Assembly (NCBI RefSeq): GCF_032191835.1
Contig: NC_083225.1
Location: forward strand, 48,546,001-48,610,000
DNA from: Heteronotia binoei
Lineage: Eukaryota
Direction: 5' to 3'
Length of the DNA stretch: 64,000 bases
Shown here: piece after piece, positions 58,894 through 64,000 of the stretch
How positions within the stretch are numbered: position 1 is the first letter of the stretch
Layout: each line of letters starts with the position of its first letter
Notes under the pieces: model-generated
The model's input: the letters and a program-made list of their open reading frames with translations, nothing else
Told to the model about the DNA's origin: nothing
Databases searched by the model: none
Translations under genes and position numbers: made by a program

Positions 58894-59187
58894 GTAAGCA
58901 AGCTTGACATTTAAATCCTGTTTTTAAAATAAAAAAATTAATAGGTTTAATTTGAATAAAAATGAGAAAATGTATGATCCAAGTAGTAATGAAAGTGATT
59001 CTGAGGGTAATCCTGAAAGAAATCCTGAATGCTTCTGTTTTTTATAGCAGTTCCTGGTGATATTCAGAGAAGTTTCAAACCAGTAAAAAGTTCAAGATTC
59101 CACTCACTAGTTTTTCTAGACTAACCTACCTCACAGAGTTGATGGATTTCGATTCTATTCTATAAACGTGGTGCATTCTGTGGAGAT

Positions 59188-59318
59188 AGAATCAAGATGG
59201 GTAGCTGTGTTAGTCTACCTGTAGCAGTAGGAAACAGTAAGAGTCTAGCAAGGTGCTTCTGGACTACTACTCTTTTCTACTGCTATAAACAGACTAACAT
59301 GGCTACCCATCTTGATCT
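59188..59318. repeat. Penelope terminal-repeat-derived inverted repeat
   Basis: Arms agaatcaagatgggtagctgtgttagtct / agactaacatggctacccatcttgatct. Confidence 0.65.
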
Positions 59319-61049
59319 ACCTCACAGAGATATTGTGAGGAAAAAATGGGGAAGGAAGATGTAAATCACCCTGAACTCCCTGGAGGAAGAGTGTGATAAG
59401 AATGGATGCAAAGTTGGCATCTTAATATTGTGCAGGTAGTTTCTCAGCAGATAGTTTTGGCGGGTAAGTTGTCTGATATAAAAATGTGCCTGTGGATAGC
59501 TAAAACTGCAGTCCTTAGCACAGTTACTAGCAAAACACCACTGAATGCTGGGGGGTTGTACTTGTGAGAAAATATATTCAGAACTGGGCTGCATGGTTTG
59601 TTAGAGTACCTCTTTTGACAACGGGTTTCAGTGTAAAAGGTGTGTATGATTATCAGTTTACATTTGATTTGCTTCTTGTGTGAGAGAAGAAGTGAGATTA
59701 CTCAAAAGATACAAAATGAAATTTAATGACAGTATGTCACATCAGCTCAATGACCACCTGAGTGTAGGTGGCTTGAAGCAGAACGTGTGTCTGACACACT
59801 TTCTGCTACTTACTTGTTTAGCTGATCAGGGGGTGGCTGTGTGGGTAGAATGCTTGGAATAGAAAGCACTACTTGTAAGCTTTGTCTGCCAAGCATCCCC
59901 CTCTGCAGTGGCCAGCTAGCTGACTGGAAGTCTTGAAGTGTAAGGCCTGCTGGAAGTGATTTCTACTGCAAGCCCCTCTAGGTGGCTGGTGGAGGCTTTT
60001 GGCATTGGAAGGCTTGGGGTAGCTTATCACAGCACGGACCACAGGAACCAGTAGGGCAGGGAATAATACAATGCCTCATTCCTTCAGAGTTCTTGTGAGT
60101 CCCCCACTGGTCAGGTCATAAAATCCAACAATTAAAATAATCCATAAAAACAGAGGACAGCACAGGAATCAAACAGCAGAACACACCACCATCTTCATTA
60201 ACTCCAAAGTCCAAATTAAAAAGTAAGAAAACCCCAAGGTATTAAACTAATAGCAAGGCAGTTGTCTTGGCCTTTTAAAAATCTTATTGTTTAAGCATTC
60301 CAGAGATGGCTTTAGCTTCCTTCTCATGACTGTCTTTATTGCCATCAACAGGGACTCTAGTTAAAGCCAGGAAATGTGCTTATCTCAATTTAATCAATAA
60401 AAGAGCATCTGTGAATGGAAATTCTTGGTTGATAGATGGCTGCAGTGCCTCAGCTGGTGTTCTGTACACTTATATTGATTTATGATTTTATTATCCTTTT
60501 CTTTAGTGGTGGGTAGGTGTTTCTTGATTATATTTTTGGTAGGCTTAACTTGTAATCAAGTGTTTTCATTGATGCTTACCAGGGGAGTATTAAGTAGCAC
60601 AGTGTGACTGTTGAAATGTTGCTTCCTAATGTTGGCTGTAAATTGTGTTTCTCTGTTCCATGTCATGGTCATTCTGTTTTTTGACATCTCAGAGTCAGCT
60701 CCCATGAGACGGTAGAGGTGGCTGGCTTGGGCTTAAAAGCCTGCTCATATAAGTCCAGACAACTAATGTGAAATCATCTTTTTCCTCTGAAATACTGCAT
60801 TTTCCTCAGCCACAATTTTTTTTTATTTTTTTCAGTTCACAGAAAAGAGGATGCAATCTTGTGACCTCCTTCATTACATTTCTAGACCACTCACATTAGC
60901 AGTTGTTTGAAGCAAGTTGTTTTTTTGTTGGAATCAACTTGCCACTGATAATACAAAATCACAGGGGGGAATTGATTTGAAGGCCACCAAGCTCATACTG
61001 CATCCCTCTCTTTACCCCAGGGCTCACTCCTTCACATATCCCTAAATAT

Positions 61050-61460
61050 CAGGGGTGGTCAAACTGTGACTCACAAGCCACATGTGGCTCTTTCACAAAT
61101 ATAGTGTGGCTCTCAAAGCCCCCACCACCCTGTCAGCCAGCTTGGAGAAGGCATTTGTCTCTTTAAATCTCTTCTCCAACCAAGCCAATTGGCAGCTTGG
61201 AGAATGCATTTAAAGTTAAAGTTGCTTTCTTTCCANNNNNNNNNNNNNNNNNNNNNNNNNNNNNNNNNNNNNNNNNNNNNNNNNNNNNNNNNNNNNNNNN
61301 NNNNNNNNNNNNNNNNNNNNNNNNNNNNNNNNNNNNNNNNNNNNNNNNNNNNNNNNNNNNNNNNNNNNNNNNNNNNNNNNNNNNNNNNNGTCTTGTGGCT
61401 CTCAAACCTCTGACATTTATTCTATGTGGCTCTTACATTAGGCAAGTTTGGCCACCCCTG
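61050..61460. mobile_element. hAT (Charlie-like) CAGGGGTGGCCAAAC-family MITE containing a 154-N gap (61236-61389)
   Basis: Termini caggggtggtcaaac/gtttggccacccctg; reverse-colinear with 38239-38566. Confidence 0.85.
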
Positions 61461-64000
61461 CTATAGATCAAACCTGTATATTTTGTTACATTTCAAGCTG
61501 AATGCAGCTTCCCAGCATTTAATGGGAGCCTTCCAGATAATTGACAATATTGGTGTTCTGACAGAAAGCAAAAACATGATTTTAGGGGTCCTTGTCGTAC
61601 ATTCACGGTCTGCATTTGACTTGGTGGGTTCTAAATTGTGAATGTTTGTCCTAAGGAGAAAAATACAAGAGTTCTGGAAAAGGTCAATCCCCTCTGTCAC
61701 CAAATAAGTTTAATATAGGGAAAATTTCTTTCTTGATCCTGTTATATCAAACAGGCTTTGAATGTAAAACAAAACTGAGCTACTGAATCTCCCTGAGAAA
61801 AGATCTACTTTGAATACCCAACCAATCAAGGTATTACTATTCCCAGAGAAAACAAGTCAACATTGGAATGAGAACCACACCATTCTCATTTGTAGAAGTA
61901 TAAATTCTGTCAGAAACTATGTATGGTTATTTAGTATTATGAATAGGTCAGTGTGGATTGTTGTGAGCAATCTTTCCCCCAGCAGCCATTTCGAACCCTG
62001 TGGAAGTTGATTCCTGTAGTCATATGACCCACATTAAGTAATAGCCATGCATGTTGATGGGATGCGGTGATGAAGGGGGCAAAATGACTTTTATTGCTTC
62101 AACTGTCAGCAAAGCTAGCTCAGCTGACAGAAGAGAGAAGATTTTGCCCCTTTCACTCTCCTCTTGATAGCCCACTGACCCAGGTAGCTGTTACTCCCTG
62201 TGAATACTGGTACTCTTGGAATCAACTTTCCAGGGGTCAGAAATAGTTTGTGGAGAGGGGAAATTCAGAAAAGAATCCTTTCCCAAGTGGATCATTGCAT
62301 TTTGTTTGAGCATGGGACAAGAACCTGTAGTTACCATGGCTGGCTGAACATGACCAGATGTTCAGTACAAGCTGGCAGCCATTATAACTGTATTTAAGGT
62401 TGGTCAGTACAGGACTGGCCTATAGGCTGACAAGGTCAGTTGCAGATAAAAGGCCCATCAGCCATTTTCATTTTGCTCAGAGCACCCAGAAAGATCAAAG
62501 GCTGAATGAAAGATTGTCCTTGTATGCTCTGTCTGTTCTAGGTTAATGGAGACCTCTGTGTATATCTTCCAAGAGAATCACTCCCCAAATCTTGAAGCCA
62601 GCTCTGAGTCTATTAGTCATGATGCAGATATCACTTCTCACTTTCATCCTTACCATGTCTAGAAATATATGAAGATAGTTCCAAGGGAACCAGCATTACA
62701 TGCATAAACAGTACACAGAATATGAATAGTTCTTACTGTTAACAGTTCCAAATATTGCTGCTGAGATAGTGAGACATGCTGCAGTCCCATGTAGATGTGC
62801 ATATGTGTACTTCCAGTTGACATAGAACTATCTTTGTATGGTTGTGAGAACTTGCAGCATGTGGTAGAAATTTTGGTGTTACTGCAGCATGCATGACCTG
62901 AATTGATTCTTAATAGAGTAATTATGTGGTGTATCCATGAAGGCCGTTAAAAGGAGAAATTACTGTCCCAGCCAGATACGTTTTGTAAAAAAGAAACCTA
63001 AGAATGCTAGACCAAATGAAGCCTGAACTCTCTGTAGAAGCTAAAAATGACTAAATCAAGACTATCATACTTTGGGACTTCCAGGATTTGGAGAATGCTG
63101 AGCTGTCCTGCCTTTCTAAGGGGGGCAGACTGGAGCTTCTGTTCGGGGTAGTAAAGGGCAAATTTTTGCCTTTTGCCTACTTTTCTCAGTGAGAGATTAG
63201 TCCAAGATATGCAGAGGAAACTTTGAGGTGATTTACATTGGCTAAAAGGGAGCCCTGGGTGGGGGGCTCCTTTGAGGCTTTGAGGGATCCCCGGAGAAGA
63301 GTTGCATATTCATCATCTGCAGAAGCTTACAGAGTCATTTATTTGACATAAGCTTGACAAGATCCTAATCTTCTTTGAGACTGCTAAACATCTGATGCTG
63401 TATGAGACCAGTGTTGATCTGGATAACCTTAGAAGAAGGTACTGATTGTTATCTACCATTCCAGGACTATTTTAAAGCAAACAAAATAATATTAGAAGGT
63501 GGGAAAGAGAAAGTTTGAAAGCTTGGAAGAAGAGGAGGAGAAGGGGTGAATTTTGGACTTTGTTAAATTAAGGACAGTGTTAAAAATTGGAAAGGAATTT
63601 ATTGTTTTGTCTACCTGTGGTCGTGGAGTGAAAGCACCACCATCAGAGATCTGCAGTTTCTACAGTCAACCCAGGAAATAAGTCAAGTATCATGAGACTT
63701 TGTTACTAGTGAGAACGTGACTTGGGGCAAGCAAAGCAGGAAGTCACTATTGAAGAAGTGGACCTACTCTAGGATTATACTACCATAGAAAAACATTGGC
63801 GGCCATTACTGGGAGGCTAAATTTTTAAAAAATTAATATCTGAGCCTGGGAAGGTCGGAGGATGGCAAAAGTAGGCTCATTTGAAAGGGCGAGTTCTAAT
63901 CTATCAAACCTGATAGTTGACATTTAATTTGGTGATATCAAATTTTTCGCTGTTTTTTTAATGTCAGTCAAAGGTAACCTGTGCAAGGGCTGCCTCATTG

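Noticed and set aside
63797-63930. Possible PBS (TGGCGGCC..) and gag start of an LTR element
   Set aside because: No good match to a tRNA 3' end, no second LTR, and the ORF closes after ~21 codons
58894-64000. TMEM255B exon 4 (expected LVA(A/S)IVFISFGV..AFCCAIVDG)
   Set aside because: No matching peptide found in the remaining sequence; most likely lies beyond the window

Overview
This is vertebrate genomic DNA from a squamate reptile, probably a gecko (inferred from Sauria-type, 5S-headed and MIR-derived Squam3-like SINEs plus BovB). One protein-coding gene is recognisable: TMEM255B on the + strand. It has a CpG-island promoter at ~35.6-36.5 kb and coding exons 1-3 at 36007-36061, 54195-54337 and 58831-58893, which splice in frame to 87 aa; exon 4 was not found in the window. 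The first ~500 bp look like the 3' end of an upstream + strand gene (three AATAAA signals). The rest is intergenic or intronic DNA dense in transposons: a nearly complete L2 ORF2 with three in-frame stops, BovB, CR1 and Penelope (GIY-YIG) fragments, an unclassified LINE ORF1, three SINE families and about 25 MITE copies, most of them hAT-type and many with 8-bp TSDs. I found no novel protein-coding system. The most unusual structures are an overlapping uORF ending on an ATGA stop/start in TMEM255B exon 1, a BovB copy with twin-priming-like 5' inversion geometry, a mosaic triple array of CR1 3' ends separated by a duplicated spacer, a MITE family carrying a KLF+octamer module, and Penelope-derived hairpins with hammerhead-ribozyme remnants. 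Repeat family names come from recalled consensus features, not database searches, and many repeat boundaries are approximate.
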